Below, piece by piece: positions 23,839-33,259 of a stretch of DNA of 64,000 nucleotides (position 1 is its first letter; every line of letters starts with the position of its first letter). Location of the stretch: the NCBI GenBank assembly GCA_044338255.1, contig JBIILZ010000001.1, positions 15,769 through 79,768 on the forward strand. Reading direction: 5' to 3'. Position numbers and translations under genes: made by a program. Under the pieces are notes generated by a model. It was given only the letters and a program-made list of their open reading frames with translations, was not told where the DNA came from and did not search any database. The stretch comes from Planctomycetota bacterium. Its GTDB lineage: Bacteria > Planctomycetota > UBA11346.

Positions 23839-24609
23839 ATGCCTGACTCCGCTGTCCGTCCGTCTGTCGACCAACCGCCGCAAGGCGCCATCCAACGCCT
23901 GCATGGCGCCTGGGATAACGCCGCCGGGCGGGCCTGGTGCTTGGACCTGCCCGCACAGTTGGTGGTGGCTCCGGCGGAAGCGACCTTCTATCGCGGCCGT
24001 AATACCTTGTCGCGCTTGCCGGGCATCGATCGGCCGGTGGTGGTCAAGGCGTTCGGCAAGGGCCGCTGGTGGCGGCGCGGACAGGGACCACACAAAGCCA
24101 CCGCCAGTTATGATCATGCGCAACGCCTGCTGCGCCTGGGCATCGGCACGCCCGAGCCGCTGGCGGTGGTCGCGGGGCGCGGCACCGGCGGCTTCTATGT
24201 CTGCGCCTGGGAAGACGGCTGCCGTAGTGTCTGGGATCTCCACGACGGCCTGCTGCCCGCCGAGCACCTCGTCGCTCTGGCCGAGTTCATCGCCCGCCTG
24301 CACGAAGCCGGCGCGCATCACCACGATCTGACGCCCGGCAATGTTTTGTTAAAGCCGGTGGCGACGGGCTTCGAGTTCCTGCTCGTCGACTGCAACCGCA
24401 TGCGTTTCGGACCGGTGTCCCTGAGCACCGGACTGGCGGCGCTGGCCAAGCTCGAATGCCATGGGCAGCTGGTAGCGCCGTACGCGGCCGCGCGCGGAGT
24501 CGACCTGCGCCGGGCGCAACGCATTGCCGCCCGCGTCACCTGGTGGGAACGCACCACCCGCCGCTGCAAAGACGCCAGCCGGCCGCTGCGCCGTCGTGTG
24601 GGTTTGTGA
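23839..24609 (+). CDS. lipopolysaccharide kinase (Kdo/WaaP/InaA) family protein
   Basis: HHDLTPGNVLL catalytic-loop motif typical of Kdo kinase/InaA. Start moved to MPDSAVRP (23839) to avoid a 40-bp overlap with the divergent LpxH-like gene. Confidence 0.6.
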   Translation: MPDSAVRPSVDQPPQGAIQRLHGAWDNAAGRAWCLDLPAQLVVAPAEATFYRGRNTLSRLPGIDRPVVVKAFGKGRWWRRGQGPHKATASYDHAQRLLRLGIGTPEPLAVVAGRGTGGFYVCAWEDGCRSVWDLHDGLLPAEHLVALAEFIARLHEAGAHHHDLTPGNVLLKPVATGFEFLLVDCNRMRFGPVSLSTGLAALAKLECHGQLVAPYAAARGVDLRRAQRIAARVTWWERTTRRCKDASRPLRRRVGL

Positions 24610-24625
24610 AAGAGCGCGTGGGCCT

Positions 24626-25699
24626 GTGAAGAAACGTCCGTGGCATGATCTGCGATGGCACTGGCCGAGCGATCAGCCAGATCAGATTCGCTTTGATAAA
24701 CGCGCCCTGCGCTGGGCGGCCCTCCCCGAGTACAGCCGCACGGCGCTGACCGCGCTCGTCGGCGCGCCGCTGGTCGCCGCCGCCTGGCGCGCTCCGCAGC
24801 GCGACGGAGCGCCGTCGGCGGACTTCTGCGGCGTCGCCGCGCCGTGCAGCTATGACCGCGTGCGCGATGGCGAACAGCTGGCCCTGTTGCGCACCTTGGG
24901 TGTGCGCCGCGTGCTGGTGCGCGCCCCGGTGTGGGAGCGCAAACGCCTCGATCTGCTGGTGCGCTGGTGTGCCGAACTTCAGGCGCTCACCGGCAATCCG
25001 GTGGTGGTGGCGGTGCTCCAGGATCGCGCCAGCGTCAGCGAACCGCGGCGCTGGCGCGCGGATCTGGCGGATCTATTCAGCGCCCTCGGTCCGCATGCCG
25101 AAGCCTTCCAATTGCCGCAGGCGCCCAATCGCACCAAGTGGGGGTGCTATCATCTCGGCGAGGCCCTCGATCTCTTGGAGGATGCGCAGCGCGTGCGGCG
25201 GCACTTCCCCGACGTGCGTCTGGCCGGACCGGCGGTGATCGATTTCGAGCCGGCGCCGCTACTGCGCCTGCTGCTGAACCGCCGACATTTCACCCTCGAT
25301 GTCGCGACCGCGTTGCTCTACGTCGATCGCCGTGGCGCCCCCGAGAATCGCCAATACGGGATCTTCGATCTCGCCAACAAGGCCCGCTTCACCGCCGCTG
25401 CCTGCCGCGCCAGCCCGCGCGTGGCACGCGGTGCGCCGCTGTGGCTGACCGAGATCAATTGGCCGCTGTTACATGGCGATTTCTGGACTCCGACCTCGGA
25501 TGAGGAATGTGTCGATGAAGCCACGGCGGCTGATTTCCTGACCCGCAGCTACCAGATCGCCTGGAGCACAGGCGTGGTCGAGCGCGTCTATTGGTGGCAG
25601 CTGGTGGCCCCGGGCTATGGCCTGGTCGATGCGCGCGGCGGGCTGCGCCCGCGACCGGCATTTGCGGCGCTGCAGAAATTGCTGATGAAGATCGCGTAG
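24626..25699 (+). CDS. hypothetical protein, possibly a TIM-barrel glycoside-hydrolase-like enzyme
   Basis: GTG start just after the kinase stop; ...ENRQYGIFDLANK...LWLTEINWP... resembles retaining glycosidase catalytic strands. Its stop TAG (25697-25699) is the first three bases of repeat copy C. Confidence 0.45.
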   Translation: MKKRPWHDLRWHWPSDQPDQIRFDKRALRWAALPEYSRTALTALVGAPLVAAAWRAPQRDGAPSADFCGVAAPCSYDRVRDGEQLALLRTLGVRRVLVRAPVWERKRLDLLVRWCAELQALTGNPVVVAVLQDRASVSEPRRWRADLADLFSALGPHAEAFQLPQAPNRTKWGCYHLGEALDLLEDAQRVRRHFPDVRLAGPAVIDFEPAPLLRLLLNRRHFTLDVATALLYVDRRGAPENRQYGIFDLANKARFTAAACRASPRVARGAPLWLTEINWPLLHGDFWTPTSDEECVDEATAADFLTRSYQIAWSTGVVERVYWWQLVAPGYGLVDARGGLRPRPAFAALQKLLMKIA

Positions 25700-25778
25700 G
25701 AGCCTGTCGGGAATAGATGACCGAGTCAGCCGATCGAATCTATTCCCGACAGGCTCTTAGGAGTCTGTCGGAGATAGG
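25697..25778. repeat. MITE-like palindromic repeat, copy C (short form plus variant motif)
   Basis: TAGGAGCCTGTCGGGAATAGAT-GACCGAGTCAGCCGATC-GAATCTATTCCCGACAGGCTCTTAG (no internal insertion), immediately followed by TAGGAGTCTGTCGGAGATAGG, the variant motif that begins copy A. Confidence 0.75.
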
Positions 25779-25954
25779 CCATCGTGGTCCCGATGCTGGT
25801 GGTATCAAACGAGCCCTCACGGGGAGATGCCACGATGACCGCCGTCAAACAGTTCTTCATCGCCGTTGACCAGGGCAGGTCTCGTACGGGTAGCGATTCG
25901 ATGGTCTTTATTCAGCAGGCTCTTCCGGCGATCCTTGGCCAGTCAGGGCGAAGC

Positions 25955-27007
25955 TCACGGCGCCATGATCGCGGCGCTGATCTCCGCCAAGGGTAGGTCG
26001 CGGGCGAAGCGGGTGATGCTCGTGCCGCGGCGGATGGCGATGAAGGGCGTTACCCCGCGATAGCCGAGCGCGGTCAGCGCCTGTTGATCGGCATCGACGA
26101 GTCCGGCGACGTCAGGTGTGTCGCGATCGAGGTTGGGCAGGTCGCCACCGAGGGGCAGCAGTTCTTCGCGGGTCAATTCGGCGCGGGTGTCCAGGCGCTC
26201 GCGCAGGAAATCATCAAAGTCATCGGGTGAGCGGGCGGCGGCGGCGAGGGCGCATTGCGCCAGCCAGCGGCCGCCGTGATCGCTGGCGCGCACCACCGGG
26301 CGCATGATGAGCAGCACGCGACCGGCGGCGATCGCCGGGGCGAGCGCGTCGAGCAGGGGTTGATGCTGTTCAGCGCAATGGCTGCATTGCAGGCTGAGGG
26401 CGTAGTCGATGCGGATCGGCGCGTTGCCGAGACCGCGCCGGCGGTTGGCATCGGCGTGCTGGGCGAGGACCGTGGTTGGGGCGACAGGCGAGGCCGTCGT
26501 CGCTGTGTTGGCTACATCCGCGACCGGCTGGTGATGGAACAGCGCATTGCTGCCGAGTGCGCCGAGCAGCAACAGTATGGCGGTGGGCAGGGCGGCATCG
26601 GCGGCGACCGCCAGGAGCACGAGCAACACGAGTGCATGTACGCTCAGGCAGAACGGGCAGACGATGCCCAGGCTCCAGGCGATAAAGAGATAGAACAACG
26701 ACACTCCGGCCAAGCCGCCGGTGAGCATGCCGGTACGGCGTGACCACAGCGGGTGGCGCCACGCGTCACGGAGAGCGCTCAGCCCCAGGCAGGTATAGGC
26801 GATGAGTGCCGGCCACAGCACGTCGAGGCCGAGAATGCGCTGGTAGTAGCCGCCGCCCTGGCAGCCGACGTCGCAGGGCCACCATCCGGACAGGCGCAGC
26901 GCGGTGAGCACGCCTGGCAGGCAGGCGGTGATCGCGACTATCCATCGCCCGAGCCATCGCCCGAGCCATCGCCCGAGCCATCGCCCGAGCCATCGCCCGA
27001 GCGTCAT
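25955..27007 (-). CDS. VKOR (vitamin K epoxide reductase) - DsbA-like thioredoxin fusion protein
   Basis: VKOR loop cysteines CDVGC and membrane CxxC (VCPFC), then a periplasmic thioredoxin-like domain with CSHC. The N-terminus carries (RWLG)x5 from a 12-nt tandem repeat. Confidence 0.75.
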   Translation of the reverse strand: MTLGRWLGRWLGRWLGRWLGRWIVAITACLPGVLTALRLSGWWPCDVGCQGGGYYQRILGLDVLWPALIAYTCLGLSALRDAWRHPLWSRRTGMLTGGLAGVSLFYLFIAWSLGIVCPFCLSVHALVLLVLLAVAADAALPTAILLLLGALGSNALFHHQPVADVANTATTASPVAPTTVLAQHADANRRRGLGNAPIRIDYALSLQCSHCAEQHQPLLDALAPAIAAGRVLLIMRPVVRASDHGGRWLAQCALAAAARSPDDFDDFLRERLDTRAELTREELLPLGGDLPNLDRDTPDVAGLVDADQQALTALGYRGVTPFIAIRRGTSITRFARDLPLAEISAAIMAP

Positions 27008-27468
27008 AAGCCCAGCATCAGGCGCGGCGTCAGCAGCAGTTCGAGGGTCATCCCGCCAGCCGTGGGATTGCCGACGAGGACCGCGATGCCGGCCTTGCGC
27101 AACGGCACGGGCGGACTGCCGATCAGCAATCCGAGCAAGGTTCCGAGGTCCGGCTCATGCCCGACCAGCACGGTGTCGCTGGTCGGCAGCAGGGCGAGCT
27201 GCTCGCTCGCCGGTAGGGCTCCGGCGGCCAGCCAGGGGTGGATCTCGACCGGGGTACGCCAGGCGCGGCCGGCGAGCAGCGCGGTCGCGTGGGCGCGGGC
27301 GAAGGGGCTGGTCCAGATGGCGCTGGTCGGCGGCAGATAGGGAAAAACCGCGCGTGCCACCGCCCGCGTCCGCCGTCGTCCGCCGGGCGTCAGGGGGCGA
27401 TCGGCTTCCGCGCCCGCCCAAGCGCTGCGCTCGACGGCCCGACCGTGACGGAGAAGAATGAGGTGCAT
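27004..27468 (-). CDS. SixA-like phosphohistidine phosphatase (histidine phosphatase superfamily)
   Basis: MHLILLRHGRA...RPLTPGG; start at MHLILL; overlaps the VKOR gene start by ATGA. Confidence 0.75.
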   Translation of the reverse strand: MHLILLRHGRAVERSAWAGAEADRPLTPGGRRRTRAVARAVFPYLPPTSAIWTSPFARAHATALLAGRAWRTPVEIHPWLAAGALPASEQLALLPTSDTVLVGHEPDLGTLLGLLIGSPPVPLRKAGIAVLVGNPTAGGMTLELLLTPRLMLGL

Positions 27469-27559
27469 GGTGGATTTTGTCTCATTCGCGATGTGCGGCA
27501 AGCGCGTTGCCCGGCGCATTGAGTTGATATCGTCGCCGCCCTCACACACAGGGATATTC

Positions 27560-28873
27560 ATGGCTCAGAAGAAGACCTCGTCGAAGAAAGCCGCTGGAAA
27601 AGCCGCTGGCAGTGCCAGTGCCGCTGCCAGTGCCGCTGCCACTAAAAAGGAAAAGGTCATCCTCGCCTACAGCGGCGGGTTGGACACCTCGGTGATCGTA
27701 CGCTGGCTCGAACAGAAGGGCTACGACGTGATCTGCTACTGCGCCAATGTCGGCCAGGAGGAGAAGTATAAGGATCTCGAGAAGAAGGCCCTCAATTCGG
27801 GCGGCTCGAAGTGCTACATCGTCGATATGCAGGAAGAGTTCGCGCGCGACTTCGTGTTCCCGGCGATCGCCTGGAATGCCAAGTACGAAGGCCGCTACCT
27901 CCTCGGCACCTCGCTGGCTCGGCCGGTGATCGCCAAGCACATGGTCGAGATCGCCAAGAAGGAAGGCGCCAAGTTCATCGCCCACGGCGCCACCGGCAAA
28001 GGCAATGACCAGGTCCGTTTCGAGCTGACCGCCTACGCCCTGCTGCCTGGCGTGCAGATCATCGCCCCCTGGCGCGATCCTGAATTCAACACCCAGATCA
28101 AGGGTCGCGAAGACGCTATCGAATACGCCAAGAAATGGGGCATCCCGGTCAAGGCGACGAAGAAGGATCCGTGGTCGTCCGACGACAACCTGCTGCACAT
28201 CAGCTTCGAGGCCGGCATGCTCGAAGATCCGGCGGCCCGTCCGCTCGATCGCATGTACCAGAAGACCCTGCCCCTGGCCGAGGTGAAGGCCAAGCGCCAG
28301 CGCATCACCGTCGACTTCGTCGAAGGCATGCCGGTGGCTATCAACGGCAAGAAGATGAAAGCCCACGACCTGCTGATCGCTGCCAACGATCTCGGCTTCA
28401 AGCACGGCATCGGTCGCATCGATATGGTCGAGAGCCGCTTCGTGGGCATGAAGAGCCGCGGCGTCTACGAGACTCCGGGCGGCAGCATCCTGCTCGCCGC
28501 GCATCAGGACCTCGAAGCCCTGACCGTCGGCAAGGATCTGCTGCACACCAAGTACACCCTCGGGGTGCGTTGGGCGCAGATGGCCTATTTCGGTTTCTGG
28601 TACTGCGAAGAGATGGACGCGCTGCAGGCGTTCCTGAAGAGCAGCCAGCGCCACGTCACCGGTCGGGTGACCATGGAACTCGAACGCGGCAACATCATCG
28701 TCGTCGGTCGCGAGAGCGAGCACTCACTCTACGACGCCGCCATCGCCTCGATGGAAGCCGACGGCGGAGCCTACAACCAGAGCGATGCCACCGGCTTCAT
28801 CCGCCTGCAGGCCCTGCCGCTGCGCGTCGCCGCCCGGCGTGCTGCCCGTCTGGCGGAGAAGAAGCGCAAGTAG
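27560..28873 (+). CDS. argG: argininosuccinate synthase with a Lys/Ala-rich N-terminal extension
   Basis: KVILAYSGGLDTSV PP-loop, then a full ArgG body. The N-terminal 32 aa MAQKKTSSKKAAGKAAGSASAAASAAATKKEK precede the canonical start. Confidence 0.93.
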   Translation: MAQKKTSSKKAAGKAAGSASAAASAAATKKEKVILAYSGGLDTSVIVRWLEQKGYDVICYCANVGQEEKYKDLEKKALNSGGSKCYIVDMQEEFARDFVFPAIAWNAKYEGRYLLGTSLARPVIAKHMVEIAKKEGAKFIAHGATGKGNDQVRFELTAYALLPGVQIIAPWRDPEFNTQIKGREDAIEYAKKWGIPVKATKKDPWSSDDNLLHISFEAGMLEDPAARPLDRMYQKTLPLAEVKAKRQRITVDFVEGMPVAINGKKMKAHDLLIAANDLGFKHGIGRIDMVESRFVGMKSRGVYETPGGSILLAAHQDLEALTVGKDLLHTKYTLGVRWAQMAYFGFWYCEEMDALQAFLKSSQRHVTGRVTMELERGNIIVVGRESEHSLYDAAIASMEADGGAYNQSDATGFIRLQALPLRVAARRAARLAEKKRK

Positions 28874-28943
28874 AGCGCACGGTGATCGTGCATGACGGGC
28901 CTGTTCCCGGCCTGCACGATCGTCTCGTTTAGCCAAAAACGTC

Positions 28944-28973
28944 ACGGGCAGGGGGAGTCCCCTGCCCGTTTTC
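28944..28973. terminator. bidirectional hairpin terminator between convergent argG and the PhyH-family gene
   Basis: ACGGGCAGGGG-gagt-CCCCTGCCCGT with TTTT on the + side and TTTTTGG on the - side. Confidence 0.5.
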
Positions 28974-29017
28974 CATGCCTGTGCTCGCGGCGTGCCTTCA
29001 ACAGCCTCTTGATGGGC

Positions 29018-29812
29018 TCATCCAACCCGGGGCAATGCCAGGTCGTCATCAAGAGCGTCACCGGGCTTGAGGGTATCGAGCAGACGCTTGGGAAGGACGC
29101 CGGGGTTGCCGTTGTAGGTTGCATCGCTGGGCATATAGGCGCAGGTCATCGCTCGCCGCCAGCGCGGAGTCATGTTGGGGCCGGCCCCATGGGCGGTGAG
29201 TCCATTGTGGAAGAGCGCGGCTCCTGCGCGCACCGGCGCCGACACGGGTTCGATCGATGCGAGCTGGGGATAGATCCGGAAGAGATCGCCAACGTTTTGC
29301 CCGATGTCGATCAGTTCATAACCGACCTGCCGGTGACTGCCGGGGAGGAAGTGCAGGCAGCCATTGGCGAGCGTCGCATCGTCCAAGGCGATCCACACCG
29401 AAATCGCATCACGGGTCGAGAACGGCCAGAATGGATCATCGAGATGCCAGGCCGTCGGATTTGCCCAGGGGGCTTTCTGTAGGGTCTGATCGTGATAGCA
29501 GCGCAGCTGCGTGCCGGCCAGGCGAGTTGCCATGTTGGCAACTCCGCCCGCACCCAGCATGTACCGACGTACAACCGGGCTCAGGCACCAGAGGTTCAAC
29601 TTTTGCAGAAAGACCTTGTCGAAATAGGGCTCGCCTTGGTCCCATTCTTTGGCGCAGTCGCTGGCAATTTTCCGATCTCCCATCTGTTTGACGGCCTCCC
29701 CGACGGCGCTGCTCAATTCGCTGACTTCAGTCGCTGAAAGGACATTTTCGACGATCAGGAAGCCCTGTTCGCGATAGTCGGAAATCTGTTGGGTGGTGAG
29801 GTCGGTGTTCAT
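29018..29812 (-). CDS. phytanoyl-CoA dioxygenase (PhyH) family Fe(II)/2-oxoglutarate oxygenase
   Basis: N-terminus YREQGFLIVENVLS and overall PhyH-like layout; 264 aa; divergent from an AraC regulator gene. Confidence 0.75.
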   Translation of the reverse strand: MNTDLTTQQISDYREQGFLIVENVLSATEVSELSSAVGEAVKQMGDRKIASDCAKEWDQGEPYFDKVFLQKLNLWCLSPVVRRYMLGAGGVANMATRLAGTQLRCYHDQTLQKAPWANPTAWHLDDPFWPFSTRDAISVWIALDDATLANGCLHFLPGSHRQVGYELIDIGQNVGDLFRIYPQLASIEPVSAPVRAGAALFHNGLTAHGAGPNMTPRWRRAMTCAYMPSDATYNGNPGVLPKRLLDTLKPGDALDDDLALPRVG

Positions 29813-29967
29813 GGGCTTCCGGAGTCAAGCAGGTTGGGGTCGAGCAGAGATCCGGCAGGCTCTGACAATGCCGCCGTCCGTGCGCTGTCCTTGCGAAGGT
29901 CGTCTCGCTGACAATAACCGCCGGATCTCCCCGATCCGGCCTCCGTCATGCACCAAGCGGCCACTCT

Positions 29968-30843
29968 ATGACCCCGACCTCCGACCCCGTATTTTGGCGC
30001 TATCTGCCAGCTGACCCGACGTCATTGGCGTGGGGATTGGCGGTCGTTGGCGCCGGTTGGTCCCATGTCCAGCCGGGCATGCCCTATCCACCGGTCAAGC
30101 ATGCCGACGGCCATGATTTCTCCTGGTCCAGAGGCCGCATTCTTAACGAATTCCAACTTTTTTATCTCGGTCGGGGTCGGGGTCGGTTCGAAAGCCGTTC
30201 GGCCGGAAGCCAGAGCGTGGAGGCGGGCGATCTGGTGGCTCTGATGCCAGGCGAATGGCATCGCTATGCCCCGGATCCGACTACCGGTTGGGATGATATC
30301 TGGGTTGCCTTCACCGGCCCCCAGGCCCAGGGTTGGCTGGCGAACGGCATTCTCGATCCGGCCCGTCCGATCCTGCGGCTTCCTGCCCAGGCGGGCTTGA
30401 TTGCCCATCTGTGCGGGATCGCCTCACTCATTGCCACCTTGCCGCCTGGCTTCGCGGCCGTGGCGGCGGCGAGGGTGGCCCTGCTGCTGGCCGAAGCGCG
30501 AGCGCTCCAGGCCGCCCAACGCGAGGATGCTCAGACGATCCTGATCAGTCAGGTCTGCCAACGCCTTTCGGCAGACATGCGCAGCCCGCCATCCTTCACG
30601 GGGTTGGCGTTGGAGTTCGGTGTCTCCGAGCGAACCATGCGCCGGGCGTTCCAGGCCGTCACCGGTTTGTCGCCCATGCAGTGGCGGCTGCGTTTGCGCT
30701 GCGAAGAAGCCGAACGACTCCTCGCCCTGGGCTTGCCCGTGGCGGTTGTTGCTCACCGTTGTGGATTCGCCAGCGTCTCTTTTTTCAGTCGTCGATTCCG
30801 TGCACATAGCGGGTGGCCACCCGGGCAATGGCGTCGTACGTGA
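29968..30843 (+). CDS. AraC-family transcriptional regulator
   Basis: Cupin-like N-domain plus C-terminal AraC HTH (LALEFGVSERTMRRAFQAVTGLSPMQWR...GFASVSFFSRRFRAHSG). Confidence 0.8.
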   Translation: MTPTSDPVFWRYLPADPTSLAWGLAVVGAGWSHVQPGMPYPPVKHADGHDFSWSRGRILNEFQLFYLGRGRGRFESRSAGSQSVEAGDLVALMPGEWHRYAPDPTTGWDDIWVAFTGPQAQGWLANGILDPARPILRLPAQAGLIAHLCGIASLIATLPPGFAAVAAARVALLLAEARALQAAQREDAQTILISQVCQRLSADMRSPPSFTGLALEFGVSERTMRRAFQAVTGLSPMQWRLRLRCEEAERLLALGLPVAVVAHRCGFASVSFFSRRFRAHSGWPPGQWRRT

Positions 30844-31120
30844 CCGCGATCGATCCCAGGCCTCGACGGTCGTGCCCCTTTACCAGCTGGCGACGTTCGT
30901 CATCAGCGGACAGGTCTCGCCGGCGATGACGACTTCACGGCTGGAAGCGGATCGATACGCCGTACTGACATTGCAGAGGAGGGTCTGCGCGCGGTCGATG
31001 GCGGCGGTATGGCCATCGACGAAGGTCACGCCGCCGCAGGTGTTGCGCTGAGGGCAGGCTGGGAAATAGGCGGATCTCTCGGGGTAGAGCAGTTCTATTT
31101 CCGGTGGCTGAAAAAATGCG

Positions 31121-33259
31121 CTACCGCGGCGATCCTTCGGCTGATGTTGGCGCCGCTGTGGGTGCGGCGGAGATCTTCCAGCCGAGTGCGGCGAGCACGA
31201 TGGCGCCCACGCCGAGGGCCACCACCAGGCCTGCGGGCGGTTCCGACTTCGTGCCGTAGAGTTCGAGCAGTACGAGGGTGCCGTTGTGGCCGGCGTGGAT
31301 GAGCATCGCCGGGACCAGCGAGCGCGTGCGCCAGACCACCAGCGCCAAGAAGATGCCCAGGCAGAATTGCGGTGCGAATCGCCACGGACTGAGATGCAGG
31401 ATTGCAAACAGAAAAGCGCTGACCAAGGCGGCCCCGAAGGGTCCGATGCCGTTACGCAGGCCAGCCAGGACGGTGCCCCGGCAGAGCAGTTCCTCGCACA
31501 CGCCCGGCAGCACCGCTACGCAGGCTAGCAGCAACACCACGCCGCCTTGGGCGCGAATGTCGCGAATGACATTGATGACCTGTTCGCTGCCTTGCTCGAG
31601 CAGTTCCCTGCCGAGCACCGCCTGCTGCAGAGCGCCGACCAGACCGCTGAGCGCGATCGCCGCCGGCAGCCAGAGCATGCCTGCGGCAAGGCCACGCCAT
31701 CCGGGATTGGTGAGGTTGATCGCCGCCGGGCGATAGGCGCCCAACCACAGATGGATCAAGGGCGGCAGGCCGACGAACAGCAGTAAGGGCCCTGCCACCA
31801 TGGTCACCGCACTGCTGCCGGCGAAAAAGCCCGCAGCCATGGTCATGCCGGCCACCGCCAGGGCATAGACGGCCAGGGCTTCGAGCCCGGCCGGCGAGGT
31901 CGGCGCCGCACCCCAGCGGCGGAAACGCCCCCAGCCGGCGCGGACCAGGCCGGGATAGCGGAAGCGTTCGCTCTCCAGCAGTCGCGACGACCAGGCGACC
32001 ACGACCATCGCCAGGATCAGGCTGGCACTGGTTGCCAAGCCGAGGTGCAGCCACGGCAGACGTGGTGATTGGAGCGCCTCTTTGAGCGCCAGGACGACGC
32101 CGGTGATCGGGACCAGGTCGAGTCCGATGTTGGGTCGGGCGCCGGGGATGGCCGCCACCGCTGCCGCCACCAGGACCACCAGCAGTAAGGGTGTCAGGTA
32201 ATTCTGGGCTTCCTTGGCGCTGTGGGCCAGGCCGGTGATGGCCAAGGCCACCGCCGCCAAGGTCACCACCAGCGGCAGGAGCACGGCGAAGCACAACAGC
32301 AGGGTTCCGCCACCGACCGCGAACATATTGCTGATATCACTGCCTCCCGCCGCGCCCGCAGGGATCTGCGCGCTCACCAGCGCGACGCTGCCGGCCAACG
32401 AGAGGAGATTGAGGATCACCGCCACCGCCGCCGCCGCACAGGCCACCAGTAATTTGCCGAGGAAGATATCGCGGCGGCGGACCGGCAGCGAGAGCAGGGT
32501 CTCGAGCGTGCCGCGTTCACGCTCCCCGGCGAGCAGGTCGAGCGCCGGGTAGAACGCGCCGCTGGCGGCGAGCAGCACTAACAGCAGGGGGATGATGCCG
32601 GCGACCCGCGTGCGCACCGATTCCGCTGGTGGCGCCAGGCCGACGATGGCGGTTTCGAGAGGCGTGGTGGTGTCCGCCGGCAGGCCGACGGCGCGCAGGC
32701 GTTCGACAATCAGTTCCTTGCGCCAGGCATCGAAGGCGGATGCGAAGCGCTGCTGTACCTCATCGACCCGGCTGCTGGCGTCATCCTGCAGCACCGCCAG
32801 GCGATAGCGCGCGGCGGGCAATTCCTCGACCACCACCGCCGCCACCAGGTTGTTGCGCCGCAACAGCGCGAGGGCTTCTGGGGAGCGCTCGCCAGGCGTG
32901 GCTACCAGGCGCTGCAGATGCTGCGCATCGGCAGGAGGAAGGTCCTCGATCACCACCAACGCAGCGGCCTTGGGTCCGGCCATGGCCGCGCTCATTGGAC
33001 GATGGGAATGCCCTGCGTTCGGACCTGAGGAGGCAGCAGGCGTCTCGCGCAGCAGGCGCATGAGCGCCCCCGGGGCGCCGACCACTGCTACTCGCGGCGG
33101 TTCACCGGGCGTCACCTGGGTGAGCTGCAGGACCTGGACCATGAACAGCATGATCACCGGATACAGCAGCAGCGGCAGGACCAGGTTCACGAACAGCGTT
33201 CGGCGGTCGCGCAGGACCTCCAGGCCGTCTTTAGCGAAGATGCGCAGGACACCGTTCAT
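31121..33259 (-). CDS. ABC-2 (NatB-like) permease fused to a C-terminal CPBP (CAAX/Abi) intramembrane metalloprotease domain
   Basis: N-terminal TM, a large extracytoplasmic loop, then ABC-2 permease helices with the GERERGTLETLLSLPV motif. C-terminal ~200 aa carry CPBP motifs EELLCRG, FAILH and HAGHN; 712 aa. Confidence 0.8.
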   Translation of the reverse strand: MNGVLRIFAKDGLEVLRDRRTLFVNLVLPLLLYPVIMLFMVQVLQLTQVTPGEPPRVAVVGAPGALMRLLRETPAASSGPNAGHSHRPMSAAMAGPKAAALVVIEDLPPADAQHLQRLVATPGERSPEALALLRRNNLVAAVVVEELPAARYRLAVLQDDASSRVDEVQQRFASAFDAWRKELIVERLRAVGLPADTTTPLETAIVGLAPPAESVRTRVAGIIPLLLVLLAASGAFYPALDLLAGERERGTLETLLSLPVRRRDIFLGKLLVACAAAAVAVILNLLSLAGSVALVSAQIPAGAAGGSDISNMFAVGGGTLLLCFAVLLPLVVTLAAVALAITGLAHSAKEAQNYLTPLLLVVLVAAAVAAIPGARPNIGLDLVPITGVVLALKEALQSPRLPWLHLGLATSASLILAMVVVAWSSRLLESERFRYPGLVRAGWGRFRRWGAAPTSPAGLEALAVYALAVAGMTMAAGFFAGSSAVTMVAGPLLLFVGLPPLIHLWLGAYRPAAINLTNPGWRGLAAGMLWLPAAIALSGLVGALQQAVLGRELLEQGSEQVINVIRDIRAQGGVVLLLACVAVLPGVCEELLCRGTVLAGLRNGIGPFGAALVSAFLFAILHLSPWRFAPQFCLGIFLALVVWRTRSLVPAMLIHAGHNGTLVLLELYGTKSEPPAGLVVALGVGAIVLAALGWKISAAPTAAPTSAEGSPR

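Noticed and set aside
27542-28723. 393-aa minus-strand ORF
   Set aside because: Antisense to argG.
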